Shown: piece by piece, positions 17,963 to 27,085 of the stretch
Position numbering within the stretch: position 1 is the stretch's first letter
Layout of the letters: each line of letters opens with the position of its first letter
Assembly (NCBI GenBank): GCA_016868035.1
Contig: VGID01000005.1
Span: forward strand, 26,017 to 90,016
Length of the DNA: 64,000 nt
Source of the DNA: Betaproteobacteria bacterium
GTDB taxonomy: Bacteria > Pseudomonadota > Gammaproteobacteria > Burkholderiales > SG8-41
Reading direction: 5' to 3'
Translations under genes and position numbers: made by a program
The notes under the pieces: model-generated
Seen by the model: only the letters and a program-made list of their open reading frames with translations
The model's database searches: none
Told to the model about the DNA's origin: nothing

Positions 17963-19825
17963 ATGACCGTCGCGCGCGTGCTGAAGGGCACGATCGCGCT
18001 GATCGCGGTCGGCATGTCACTGTACCATCTCACGGTCGCCTTCATCGGCGCACCTCAACAGCTATTCTTTCGCAGCACCCACCTGCTGTTCGCGTTGGCG
18101 CTGGTGTTCCTGCTCTTTCCGGGCTTCGTCCGGCGCGAAGGCGCACGGGCTTCCTGGCTCGATCTTCTTTTCATCGCTGCTTCCGCCGTCACCATCGTCT
18201 ACGTCTGGGTGAACCACGAGCACCTCATCTCGCGCTTCGTGTTCGTAGAGGACCCGACCCAGACCGAGCTCGTGCTCGGTTTCATTTTCACCGCGGTCGT
18301 GCTCGAGGCGACGCGGCGCGTGATCGGCTGGCCGTTGCCGGTGACCGCGGTCATTTTTCTCGTCTACGCCCTGTTCTATTCCAGGACCCGCCCCGAGCAG
18401 CTGATCGAGATCATGTATCTCACGACTGAAGGCATCTTTGGCCCGACGCTGGGCGTGTCCGCTGCCTACGTGATTCTCTTCGTGCTTTTCGGCGCTTTCA
18501 TGGAGCGCACCGGGGTGGGCAGGCTGTTCATGGATTTCGCGCTCTCCCTCACCGGTCACACCGCTGGCGGGCCCGGCAAGGTCGCGGTAGTGAGCTCAAG
18601 CCTTTTCGGCACCGTTTCCGGGAGCGCCGTTGCGAACGTGCTGGTGGACGGCCCGATCACGATTCCGTTGATGAAGCGCAGCGGCTTTCGCCCGCACATC
18701 GCGGCCGCGGTCGAATCGGTCGCATCCACCGGCGGGCAGATCATGCCCCCGATCATGGGCGCGGCGGCGTTCGTGATGGCGGAATTCCTCGCCGTGAGCT
18801 ATTTCCAGGTCGCGTTATGGGCTTTCATTCCCGCGTTGCTCTACTACCTCGCGGTATTCGCGGCCGTGCATTTCGAGGCGAAGCGCATCGGGCTGCTCGG
18901 CCTGCCGCGCTCGGAGATACCCCGCTTCAAGGACGTCATGCTCGAGCGCGGGCATCTTTTCACGCCAATTCTCGTGATTCTGTTCGGACTGATTGCGGGT
19001 TACAGCGCGCCGCTGTGCGCGCTCGCCGGAACGCTTTCCTGCGTGCCCGTCGCGCTGCTGCGCAAGGGGACGCGCAAAGGCATCACGTGGCGGACGGTGT
19101 GGGACGCGCTCGAGGACGGCGCGAAGAATTCCATCGCGGTGGCGCTCGCCTGCGCGTGCGCCGGAATCATCATCGGCGTGATCACGATCACCGGCGCGGC
19201 CATCAACTTCACCAGCGTGGTGGTGGGGCTGGCGAAGGAAATGCTGCCCCTCGCGCTTATTCTCACCATGCTCGCAGGCATCATCCTCGGCATGGGGATG
19301 CCGACGACGCCCGCCTACATCGTCATGGTGGCGTTGCTGGTGCCGGCGGTCATCAAGCTCGGCGCGATCCCGCCGGCGGCGCACATGTTCGCATTCTATT
19401 TCGCCATCCTGTCCGCGATCACACCGCCGGTCGCGCTCGCAGTCTATGCCGCGGCGGGGCTTGCCAAAGCCAACTTATGGCAGGCGGGCTGGGCGGCGAT
19501 GCGCGTAGGCGCTGCGGGTTTCATCGTGCCATTCATGTTCATATTCGAGAACTCCCTGCTGATGATCGGCAACTGGCAGACGATACTGCTATCGACGGCC
19601 ACCGCAAGCGTTGGAGTCGTCGTTCTCGCCGCCGGGCTGTTCGGCTACCTGCTGCGCGAAGCGCGCATTTGGGAGCGCATCTTCCTGGGAACTTCCGCGT
19701 TATTGCTGATCAAGCCCGGACTCGTCACCGACCTGATCGGGGCCGCGCTGGTCGCCGCCGTAGTCGCAAGCCAGCTCGTGTTTCGAGGCGAAAAGCCGGT
19801 CGCGCGCGAGCGGCTCGCCAGATAA
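17963..19825 (+). CDS. TRAP transporter fused permease (TAXI-type DctQM fusion)
   Basis: About 620 aa, highly hydrophobic multi-TM protein immediately after the TAXI receptor. ATG 17963 is preferred over TTG 17939. Confidence 0.85.
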   Translation: MTVARVLKGTIALIAVGMSLYHLTVAFIGAPQQLFFRSTHLLFALALVFLLFPGFVRREGARASWLDLLFIAASAVTIVYVWVNHEHLISRFVFVEDPTQTELVLGFIFTAVVLEATRRVIGWPLPVTAVIFLVYALFYSRTRPEQLIEIMYLTTEGIFGPTLGVSAAYVILFVLFGAFMERTGVGRLFMDFALSLTGHTAGGPGKVAVVSSSLFGTVSGSAVANVLVDGPITIPLMKRSGFRPHIAAAVESVASTGGQIMPPIMGAAAFVMAEFLAVSYFQVALWAFIPALLYYLAVFAAVHFEAKRIGLLGLPRSEIPRFKDVMLERGHLFTPILVILFGLIAGYSAPLCALAGTLSCVPVALLRKGTRKGITWRTVWDALEDGAKNSIAVALACACAGIIIGVITITGAAINFTSVVVGLAKEMLPLALILTMLAGIILGMGMPTTPAYIVMVALLVPAVIKLGAIPPAAHMFAFYFAILSAITPPVALAVYAAAGLAKANLWQAGWAAMRVGAAGFIVPFMFIFENSLLMIGNWQTILLSTATASVGVVVLAAGLFGYLLREARIWERIFLGTSALLLIKPGLVTDLIGAALVAAVVASQLVFRGEKPVARERLAR

Positions 19826-19903
19826 CCTCTCGTCTCTACCCGCGCGCGTTCGCGGCGCGGCCGCGCTGTGGCAAAATTCGTTCTCCAGATCAAGGAGGGA
19901 ACA

Positions 19904-20788
19904 ATGAGCAACATCGGCTTCATCGGCCTCGGCATCATGGGCAAGCCCATGGCGGCCAATCTCATCAAGGGCGGGCATACGCTGTTTCTCCATTCGCGCA
20001 GCGGCGTGCCTCAGGAGCTCACCGCCGCGGGCGGCAAGTCCTGCGCCAGCGCGAAGGAAGTGGCGCATAAGTCGGAAATCATCGTCACCATGGTCCCCGA
20101 CACGCCGGACGTGGAGAAGGTGCTCTTCGGCGCGGGCGGCGTGGCCGAGGGCCTTTCCAAGGGCAAGATCGTGGTCGACATGAGCTCGATCTCGCCGATC
20201 GAGACCAAGACGTTCGCGAAAAGGATCAACGCGCTCGGCTGCGAGTACATCGACGCCCCGGTCTCCGGCGGCGAAGTCGGCGCCAAGAACGCGGCGCTCA
20301 CGATCATGGTGGGCGGCTCCGAGGCGACGTTCAACAAGGTCAAGCCCGTCTTCGAGCTCATGGGCAAGAACATCACGCGGGTCGGTGGCAACGGAGACGG
20401 GCAGACCTGCAAGGTCGCGAACCAGATCATCGTTGCCCTGAACATCGAGGCAGTGGGAGAAGCGCTGCTCTTCGCCTCCAAGGCCGGCGCCGATCCCGCC
20501 AAGGTGCGCCAGGCGCTGATGGGCGGCTTCGCCGCCTCGCGCATCCTGGAAGTGCACGGCGAGCGCATGATCAAGCGCACGTTCGATCCCGGATTCAGGA
20601 TCGAATTACATCAAAAGGATCTAAGCCTTGCCTTGGCCGGGGCCAGAGCGATGGGGCTGAGTCTACCGAATACCGCTACGGCGCAGGAATTGTTCAACGC
20701 GTGCGCCGCGAACGGCGGCGCGAAGTGGGATCATTCGGCGCTCGTGCGCGCGCTCGAGAAGATGGCGAACCACGAGGTTGCGAAGTAA
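19904..20788 (+). CDS. garR: 2-hydroxy-3-oxopropionate (tartronate semialdehyde) reductase
   Basis: MSNIGFIGLGIMGKPMAANL Rossmann motif and GDGQTCKVANQIIVA; SD GGAGGG upstream of ATG 19904. Confidence 0.85.
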   Translation: MSNIGFIGLGIMGKPMAANLIKGGHTLFLHSRSGVPQELTAAGGKSCASAKEVAHKSEIIVTMVPDTPDVEKVLFGAGGVAEGLSKGKIVVDMSSISPIETKTFAKRINALGCEYIDAPVSGGEVGAKNAALTIMVGGSEATFNKVKPVFELMGKNITRVGGNGDGQTCKVANQIIVALNIEAVGEALLFASKAGADPAKVRQALMGGFAASRILEVHGERMIKRTFDPGFRIELHQKDLSLALAGARAMGLSLPNTATAQELFNACAANGGAKWDHSALVRALEKMANHEVAK

Positions 20789-20797
20789 TACGCAACC

Positions 20798-21346
20798 TTA
20801 GCGCTCGATGCGCGAGATCTTGGTGCCCTGGAAGGTCAGGTTGTACATCAGCCCCTTGTTCGAGAAAATGAAGCCGATGATGGGCTCCTTGACCGTGTCG
20901 GTCGAGATCTCGCCCCCGGCGCCGAGCGTGGCGAGCGCCACGCTGCCATCCACTCCCGCCTGCCAGCCCTGGCGCCTGCGGAAGTCCGCGAGCACCTTCT
21001 CGTTCATGAAAAGGATGATCTGCGAGCGCATCTGCGCGCCCAACTGGAAGCCGATCGAAGCCGCCGCGAGATTGTAGTAGGCCGCGGTGCGGCCCCTCAC
21101 CAGCAGGGCGCCCTCGCCGTACTCGCCGCCGATGCCGATACCGGCCTTGTAGACCTTGGGAAAGATCAGCATGCCGGCGGCTTTCTGCGAAAGGTCCCTG
21201 CCCGCGCCGGTGTGCCTGTAGAAATTCTGGAGCGCTTCACGCACTTCCGCGTCGATTTCCTGCTTCGACGCGGCGCCCGCGCCCGCCTGCACCCCCAGCC
21301 ACAGAGCAACACCCGTGACGAAAATCATCCAGCCCCTGACGCTCAT
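20798..21346 (-). CDS. SYLF (Ysc84/DUF500) lipid-binding domain protein, exported
   Basis: Signal-like N-terminus, then GIGIGGEYGEGALLVRG...SIGFQLGAQ glycine-rich repeats typical of SYLF domains. Confidence 0.65.
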   Translation of the reverse strand: MSVRGWMIFVTGVALWLGVQAGAGAASKQEIDAEVREALQNFYRHTGAGRDLSQKAAGMLIFPKVYKAGIGIGGEYGEGALLVRGRTAAYYNLAAASIGFQLGAQMRSQIILFMNEKVLADFRRRQGWQAGVDGSVALATLGAGGEISTDTVKEPIIGFIFSNKGLMYNLTFQGTKISRIER

Positions 21347-21471
21347 GTTCGCCGCCTCCAATTCAAAATTGGTGCCGTCACGCTCCGGCGGACTCCATGC
21401 TGCCAACCTACCGTTTCGAGCCACGCGCCGTCAAGGACGCTCGTCACCCCCGCGTTTGCTAGAATCGTCGT

Positions 21472-22962
21472 ATGAGGGTGGTTGCTGAGAAGCTCCTCGT
21501 CGATCTCGCGCGCCAGCGCCAGGTTGTGTCCGCGCTTCGCGCCTTTCTGCCTGAATCGGCGGTGCTTTTCGACGAGGAGGACGTGAAGCCCTACGAATGC
21601 GACGGGCTCTCCGCGTACCGCCAGGTGCCGATGGTCGTGGCCTTGCCGGATACCGAAGAGCAGGTGTGCCGCGTTCTCAGCACCTGCAACGAAATGCGGG
21701 TGCCGGTCGTCGCGCGCGGCGCGGGCACCGGGCTATCGGGCGGCGCCCTTCCGCTCGGCAACGGGGTGCTGCTCTCTCTCGCGAAGTTCATGCGCATCCT
21801 CGAGGTCGAACCCCGCTCGCGGACCGCGCGCGTCCAGCCCGGCGTGCGCAACCTCGCGATCTCGGAGGCCGCCTCGCCGCACGGCTACTACTATGCGCCC
21901 GACCCCTCGAGCCAGATCGCGTGCACCATCGGCGGCAATGTCGCCGAGAATTCCGGGGGCGTGCACTGCCTGAAGTACGGACTCACGGTGCACAATATCC
22001 TGAAGCTGCGGGTGGCGACGATCGAGGGCGAGATTGTAGAGGTCGGAAGCGAAGCGCTCGATTCGGCCGGATACGACCTGCTCGCGCTCATGACCGGCTC
22101 CGAGGGGATGCTCGGGGTCGTCACCGAAGTCACGGTGAGGCTCCTGCCCAAGCCAGTCTGTGCGCAGGTCGTGATGGCGGCGTTCGACGATACGGAGAAA
22201 GCGGGCCACGCGGTGGCCAGCGTGATCGCGGCGGGAATCATTCCCGCGGGACTTGAGATGATGGACCAGGCGGCGACACGCGCAGTCGAGGAGTTCGTGC
22301 ACGCCGGCTATCGCACCGACGCCGCGGCGATCCTGTTGTGCGAGTCGGACGGCACCGAGGAGGAGGTCGCCGAGGAGATCGAGCGCGTCCAGAAGATCAT
22401 GGAAGAAAGCGGCGCGGTCCAGACCCAGGTCTCGCGCGACGAAGCGGAGCGGCTGCGCTTCTGGGCCGGGCGCAAGGCCGCGTTCCCCGCGGTCGGGCGC
22501 ATCTCTCCCGATTATTACTGCATGGACGGCACCATCCCGAGGAAACGGCTGGGCGAGGTGTTGCGCAAGATCGCCCGAATGGAGCAGAAGTACGGCCTGC
22601 GCTGCGCCAACGTGTTCCACGCGGGGGACGGCAACCTGCACCCGCTGATACTCTACGACGCCAACGTCGCGGACGAGCTGCAGCGAACCGAGGAGTTCGG
22701 CGCCGAGATCCTCGAGCTCTGCGTCGCAGTCGGCGGCACCATCACCGGCGAGCACGGCGTGGGCGTCGAGAAGATCAACCAGATGTGCGTGCAGTTCCGT
22801 GGAGCCGAGCTCGAGGCGTTCCACGGCGTCAAGCGCGCCTTCGACGAGCACGGGCTGCTCAATCCGGGCAAGGCGGTGCCCACGCTCTCGCGCTGCGCCG
22901 AGTTCGGGCGCATGCACGTGCACTCGGGCGAGGAAAAGTTTCCCGACCTGCCCCGCTTCTGA
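21472..22962 (+). CDS. glcD: glycolate oxidase FAD-linked subunit
   Basis: 496 aa with FAD-binding PCMH pattern (VVARGAGTGLSGGALP) and C-terminal GEHGVG; followed by glcE and glcF. Confidence 0.9.
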   Translation: MRVVAEKLLVDLARQRQVVSALRAFLPESAVLFDEEDVKPYECDGLSAYRQVPMVVALPDTEEQVCRVLSTCNEMRVPVVARGAGTGLSGGALPLGNGVLLSLAKFMRILEVEPRSRTARVQPGVRNLAISEAASPHGYYYAPDPSSQIACTIGGNVAENSGGVHCLKYGLTVHNILKLRVATIEGEIVEVGSEALDSAGYDLLALMTGSEGMLGVVTEVTVRLLPKPVCAQVVMAAFDDTEKAGHAVASVIAAGIIPAGLEMMDQAATRAVEEFVHAGYRTDAAAILLCESDGTEEEVAEEIERVQKIMEESGAVQTQVSRDEAERLRFWAGRKAAFPAVGRISPDYYCMDGTIPRKRLGEVLRKIARMEQKYGLRCANVFHAGDGNLHPLILYDANVADELQRTEEFGAEILELCVAVGGTITGEHGVGVEKINQMCVQFRGAELEAFHGVKRAFDEHGLLNPGKAVPTLSRCAEFGRMHVHSGEEKFPDLPRF

Positions 22963-22979
22963 CGGGGCGGTGAAGATCC

Positions 22980-23056
22980 GGTTCAAGGTTCAAGGTTCAA
23001 GGTTCAAGGTTCAAGGTTCAAGGTTCAAGGTTCAAGGTTCAAGGTTCAAGGTTTGA
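22980..23056. repeat. heptamer array GGTTCAA x10 perfect plus 1 degenerate unit
   Basis: Read directly; starts 18 nt after the glcD stop. Confidence 0.95.
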
Positions 23057-23060
23057 CCCG

Positions 23061-23085
23061 GAACTTTGAACTTTAAACTTGGAAC
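23061..23085. repeat. short inverted, degenerate partner (GAACTTT x3.5) of the GGTTCAA array
   Basis: gaacttt gaacttt aaacttg gaac; one mismatch per unit to the reverse complement (GAACCTT). Confidence 0.7.
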
Positions 23086-23110
23086 AGGGCCGCGCTCGTC
23101 ACATTCATCC

Positions 23111-24169
23111 ATGCAGGATGTCATTGAAAATCTGTCGCGGACGATTCGTGAGGCAGCGTCTCGGCGCCGGCCCTTGTGCATCCGCGGCGGAGGGACCAAG
23201 GATTTCTACGGCGGGGAAACGCGCGGCGATGTGCTCGATACCCGCGCCTGCCGCGGCATCGTCTCGTACGAGCCGACCGAGCTCGTGATCACCGCACGCG
23301 CCGGAACTCCGCTCGCGGAGATCGATGCCGCGCTGCGCGCGGAAGGGCAAATGCTGGCGTTTGAACCGCCGCGCTTTGGCGAAGGTGCCACGCTCGGCGG
23401 CTGCATCGCCACCGGGCTTTCCGGTCCGCGCCGGGTCTACGCCGGCGCGGTGCGCGACTTCGTGCTCGGGGTCCGCGTGCTCGACGGGAGCGGCAACGAG
23501 CTCAGGTTCGGCGGACAGGTGATGAAGAACGTCGCGGGCTACGATGTCTCTCGCCTGATGGTGGGCTCGCTCGGCACGCTCGGGGTGCTGCTCGAGGTCT
23601 CGCTCAAGGTATTGCCGCTGCCGGTGGCCGAGATCACGCTGCGCCGCGAGCACAGCCAGACCGAGGCACTCGCGCTCATGGACGAATGGTCGCGCATGCC
23701 GCTGCCCTTTTCCGCGAGCTGCCATGCCGGGAACCAGCTCTGCTTCCGCCTGTCGGGCGCCGAGGCGGGCGTGCGGGCGGCGCGGGAAAAGATGGGCGGA
23801 GAGGAAGTCGCGGACGGCACCGCGTTCTGGGAGAAGGTGCGGGAGCAGCGGCTCGAATTCTTCGGGCAACCGGGCCCGCTGTGGCGCCTGTCGGTGCGGT
23901 CCTCGATGCCGCCGCTCGATCTCCCGGGAACCCAGCTCATCGAATGGAGCGGCGCTCTGCGCTGGTTGAAGTCCGATGCCGGTGCCGCGATGGTACGCGA
24001 TGCCGCGGCGGGCGCGGGCGGCCACGCAACGCTGTTCCGGGCGGAGGACAAGTCCGCAGGGGCATTCCACCCCCTGCCTGCGGCGCTGATGAAACTGCAC
24101 CGGCGGCTCAAGCAGAATTTCGACCCGGCAGGCATTCTCAATCCGGGGCGCATGTATCCCGACCTCTAG
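23111..24169 (+). CDS. glcE: glycolate oxidase FAD-binding subunit
   Basis: MQDVIENLSRTIREAASRRRPLCIRGGGTKDFYG and NVAGYD; positioned between glcD and glcF. Confidence 0.85.
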   Translation: MQDVIENLSRTIREAASRRRPLCIRGGGTKDFYGGETRGDVLDTRACRGIVSYEPTELVITARAGTPLAEIDAALRAEGQMLAFEPPRFGEGATLGGCIATGLSGPRRVYAGAVRDFVLGVRVLDGSGNELRFGGQVMKNVAGYDVSRLMVGSLGTLGVLLEVSLKVLPLPVAEITLRREHSQTEALALMDEWSRMPLPFSASCHAGNQLCFRLSGAEAGVRAAREKMGGEEVADGTAFWEKVREQRLEFFGQPGPLWRLSVRSSMPPLDLPGTQLIEWSGALRWLKSDAGAAMVRDAAAGAGGHATLFRAEDKSAGAFHPLPAALMKLHRRLKQNFDPAGILNPGRMYPDL

Positions 24170-24203
24170 CGAACGGTGAACGGTAAACGGTGAACGGTAA
24201 TCA
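24169..24203. repeat. heptamer array GTGAACG x5
   Basis: gcgaacg gtgaacg gtaaacg gtgaacg gtaatca; begins at the last base of the glcE stop codon. Confidence 0.9.
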
Positions 24204-24237
24204 GAGAGGCGGCATCATGGCTCGACTTTGTGCGTCC

Positions 24238-24265
24238 CGTTCACTGTTCACTGTTCGCTGTTCAC
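24238..24265. repeat. inverted partner array (C/T)GTTCAC x4
   Basis: cgttcac tgttcac tgttcgc tgttcac; ends 11 nt before the glcF ATG. Confidence 0.9.
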
Positions 24266-24276
24266 GCCTTTCATAA

Positions 24277-25515
24277 ATGCAGACGAACCTCGCACCGTTC
24301 ATCAAGGACACACCCGAGGGCCGCGAAGCCGACGCGGTCCTGCGCAACTGCGTGCACTGCGGTTTATGCACCGCGACCTGCCCGACCTACCAGCTGCTGG
24401 GCGACGAGCTCGACGGACCGCGCGGGCGCATCTACCTGATGAAGCAGGTGCTCGAGGGCGCGCGGCCGACCGCGAAGACGCAGCTGCATCTCGACCGCTG
24501 CCTCACCTGCCGCGCGTGCGAGACGACCTGCCCCTCGGGCGTGCACTACAGCCGGCTGCTCGACATCGGGCGCAAGCTCGTGGACGAGCGGGTCGCGCGC
24601 GGCGCCGTTGCAAGCATCGAGCGCCGGATACTGCGTGCAGTGGTCCCGAAACCCGGATTGTTCGGTCCCCTGCTCAGGCTGGGACGGCTTGCGCGCCCGC
24701 TGCTGCCCGCCGCGTTGAGACGCAAGGTGCCGGGGAATGTCGCGCCCGCAAAACCGTGGCCGGAACGCGAGCACCCCCGCAAGATGCTGGTGCTCGAGGG
24801 CTGCGCGCAGCAGAGCCTCTCGCCCGCGACCAATGCCGCCGCCGCGCGGGTGCTCGACCGGATCAGAATCACGCTCGTGCGCGCGCCCGAGGCCGGCTGC
24901 TGCGGCGCAGTGTCGTTCCACCTCACCGCGCAGGAAGAGGCGCTCGATTACATGCGGCGCAACGTGGATGCCTGGTGGCCGCGCCTCGAGCGCGGCGCGG
25001 AGGCGGTCGTGACGACGGCGAGCGGCTGCGGCGTCATGGTCAGGGACTACGGACATGCGCTCGCCCGCGACCCGGCCTACGCCGCGAAGGCAAAGCGGAT
25101 CTCCGATCTCGCGAAGGACATCGGCGAGGTGATCGCCGCCGAAAAGAACAAGCTGCTCACCGCTCACCGCTTACCGCTCACCGCTCACCGCGTAGCGTTC
25201 CACGCGCCCTGCACCCTGCAGCACGGGACGAAGCAGAAAGGCTCGATGGAGGCGCTTCTCGTCGAACTCGGGTTCGAGCTCACGCCGGTGCCCGACGCGC
25301 ACCTGTGCTGCGGCTCGGCAGGCACGTATTCCATACTCCAGCCGGAGCTCTCGCGCCAGCTGCTTGGCAACAAGATCGCCGCGCTGACGAGCGGCAGTCC
25401 GCGGACAATCCTCACCGCGAACATCGGTTGCCAGGCGCACCTGCAGAGCGCGACCGCGCTGCCCGTGCGGCACTGGATCGAAGCGCTCGACGAACGCATC
25501 TCGCAATCGCGCTAG
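24277..25515 (+). CDS. glcF: glycolate oxidase iron-sulfur subunit
   Basis: CVHCGLCTATCPTYQ and CLTCRACETTCPSGV ferredoxin-type clusters, plus C-terminal CCG motifs (HLCCGSAGTY). Confidence 0.9.
   Translation: MQTNLAPFIKDTPEGREADAVLRNCVHCGLCTATCPTYQLLGDELDGPRGRIYLMKQVLEGARPTAKTQLHLDRCLTCRACETTCPSGVHYSRLLDIGRKLVDERVARGAVASIERRILRAVVPKPGLFGPLLRLGRLARPLLPAALRRKVPGNVAPAKPWPEREHPRKMLVLEGCAQQSLSPATNAAAARVLDRIRITLVRAPEAGCCGAVSFHLTAQEEALDYMRRNVDAWWPRLERGAEAVVTTASGCGVMVRDYGHALARDPAYAAKAKRISDLAKDIGEVIAAEKNKLLTAHRLPLTAHRVAFHAPCTLQHGTKQKGSMEALLVELGFELTPVPDAHLCCGSAGTYSILQPELSRQLLGNKIAALTSGSPRTILTANIGCQAHLQSATALPVRHWIEALDERISQSR
25154..25188. repeat. heptamer array GCTCACC x5 inside the glcF coding sequence
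   Basis: gctcacc gctcacc gcttacc gctcacc gctcacc, translated in frame as LTAHRLPLTAHR. It is the reverse complement of the GGTGAGC/GGTAAGC unit seen at 15183-15245. Confidence 0.9.
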
Positions 25516-25703
25516 TCAAGGTTTTCACGAAGTCCACCCGCCATCGCCTGGCGGCAGCATTAAGAAGTTTGCCGGATCAACGTCCGACCAAAGCCTTGGG
25601 GCTTGTACTTTTTCCCGAACCGGCGTACGATCGCGCGCAGCTTGTACTTTTTTGCGTAGCGGCGTACCATCAGCCGCATTTCGTACCGGAGGGTGCAACC
25701 GGC

Positions 25704-26939
25704 ATGCTCAATCTGAAGCCGTCTGCCGCGTCGCGGAAGCTGGAGTTAACCCCGAGTTACGAGAGCCGCCACAAGGAAGCCGTTAAGAGCGCGACGACTC
25801 TCGCCGTGCCGGTGTTCGAGGCGGAGCTATGGACGAGCCGCCAGCGGCAGGCGAACTCGATCCACGAGATCTCCTACCGCGCGTGCTTCAAGCCCCAGCT
25901 GCCGGCGTACTTCATCGAGCGGCTGACCGCCGAAGGCGATGTCGTCTACGACCCTTTCAGCGGCCGCGGCACCACCACCGTGGAGGCCGCCCTGCACGGG
26001 CGCACGGTGATCACCAACGACACGAACCCGCTCTCGGCCATCCTCACGCGCCCGAGGCTCGAGCTGCCCTGCGTCGCGGAAGTGGACAAGCGGCTGCGGT
26101 CGCTGCGATTCGCGGCCAATGCCGCAAGCGGGATCGATCTGTCCATGTTCTTCCACCACAACACGCTCCACGAGATCCTCGGACTGCGGCGGTACCTGAA
26201 CCGCCGCCGCCGCGAGGGCGCGGAAGACAGCGTCGACCGCTGGATTCGCATGGTGGCGACGAGCCGCCTGACGGGCCATTCGCCCGGCTTCTTCTCGGTA
26301 TACACGCTGCCCCCGAACCAGGCGGTCTCGCCGGAAGACCAGATCCGCATCAACGCCAAGCTCGAGCAGCAGCCGCAGTACCGCGACGTCCGCGCGCTGA
26401 TCCTTCGCAAATCCATGCAGCTCCAGGCGGGCCTGACCGCCGCCGACCGCTGGCGCCTGCACGCGGCGGCCGAGCGCGCGCTGTTCCTCGAAAACGACGC
26501 CTCCGCGACGCCGGCGATTTCCACGAACAGCGTGCACCTGACGGTCACTTCGCCCCCGTTTCTCGACGTCGTGCAATACTCGCGCGATAACTGGCTGCGC
26601 TGCTGGTTCAACGGCTTTGACGCGGATACCGTGGGCAGCCGCATCACGATGGCGAAGACGCCCGAGGACTGGGCCATGGCGATGGCGCGGGTGCTGGCCG
26701 AGCTCTATCGCGTGACGCGGCCCGGAGGATGGCTCGCATTCGAGGTCGGAGAAGTGCGGCGCGGCACGGTAAGGCTCGAGGAGATCATCGCGCCGCTCGG
26801 TACGGATTCAGGATTCACCTGCGAGGCGATCCTCATCAACGCGCAGCGCTTCACCAAGACCGCCAACATCTGGGGCGTGGCGAACAACCGCCTCGGCACC
26901 AACTCGAACCGGATCGCGCTCTTCCGCAAGCCCCGCTGA
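25704..26939 (+). CDS. orphan DNA (N6-adenine or N4-cytosine) methyltransferase with AdoMet motif preceding the catalytic motif
   Basis: 411 aa from MLNLKPS (SD GGAGGG upstream). DPFSGRGTT lies at aa 83-91 and TSPPF at aa 282-286. The upstream 1.4 kb of ORF 24228..26939 is out-of-frame overlap with glcF. Confidence 0.7.
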   Translation: MLNLKPSAASRKLELTPSYESRHKEAVKSATTLAVPVFEAELWTSRQRQANSIHEISYRACFKPQLPAYFIERLTAEGDVVYDPFSGRGTTTVEAALHGRTVITNDTNPLSAILTRPRLELPCVAEVDKRLRSLRFAANAASGIDLSMFFHHNTLHEILGLRRYLNRRRREGAEDSVDRWIRMVATSRLTGHSPGFFSVYTLPPNQAVSPEDQIRINAKLEQQPQYRDVRALILRKSMQLQAGLTAADRWRLHAAAERALFLENDASATPAISTNSVHLTVTSPPFLDVVQYSRDNWLRCWFNGFDADTVGSRITMAKTPEDWAMAMARVLAELYRVTRPGGWLAFEVGEVRRGTVRLEEIIAPLGTDSGFTCEAILINAQRFTKTANIWGVANNRLGTNSNRIALFRKPR

Positions 26940-27085
26940 GCGGGCCGGGTTCCCCGCGCGGCTCCCGGGCCGTGAACTGCATCACGGCCGCGCGCTCCCG
27001 GCGCCAAACGGTCGTGATGGAAGTCACCGCCTCTCCCCTTTTAAAACAGTAGGATGCAGACGTTTCTTGCTTCGGGGGAAACGAT

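Noticed and set aside
22799-23056. 85-aa ORF ending in VQGSRFKVQGSRFKV repeats
   Set aside because: The repeat part is simply the GGTTCAA heptamer array read in frame. The upstream part overlaps glcD out of frame.
24228-25703. N-terminal 492 codons of the 903-aa ORF 24228..26939
   Set aside because: This part overlaps glcF out of frame and has GC-shadow composition (Arg/Ala/Pro rich). Only the part from ATG 25704, with an SD and methyltransferase motifs, is credible.
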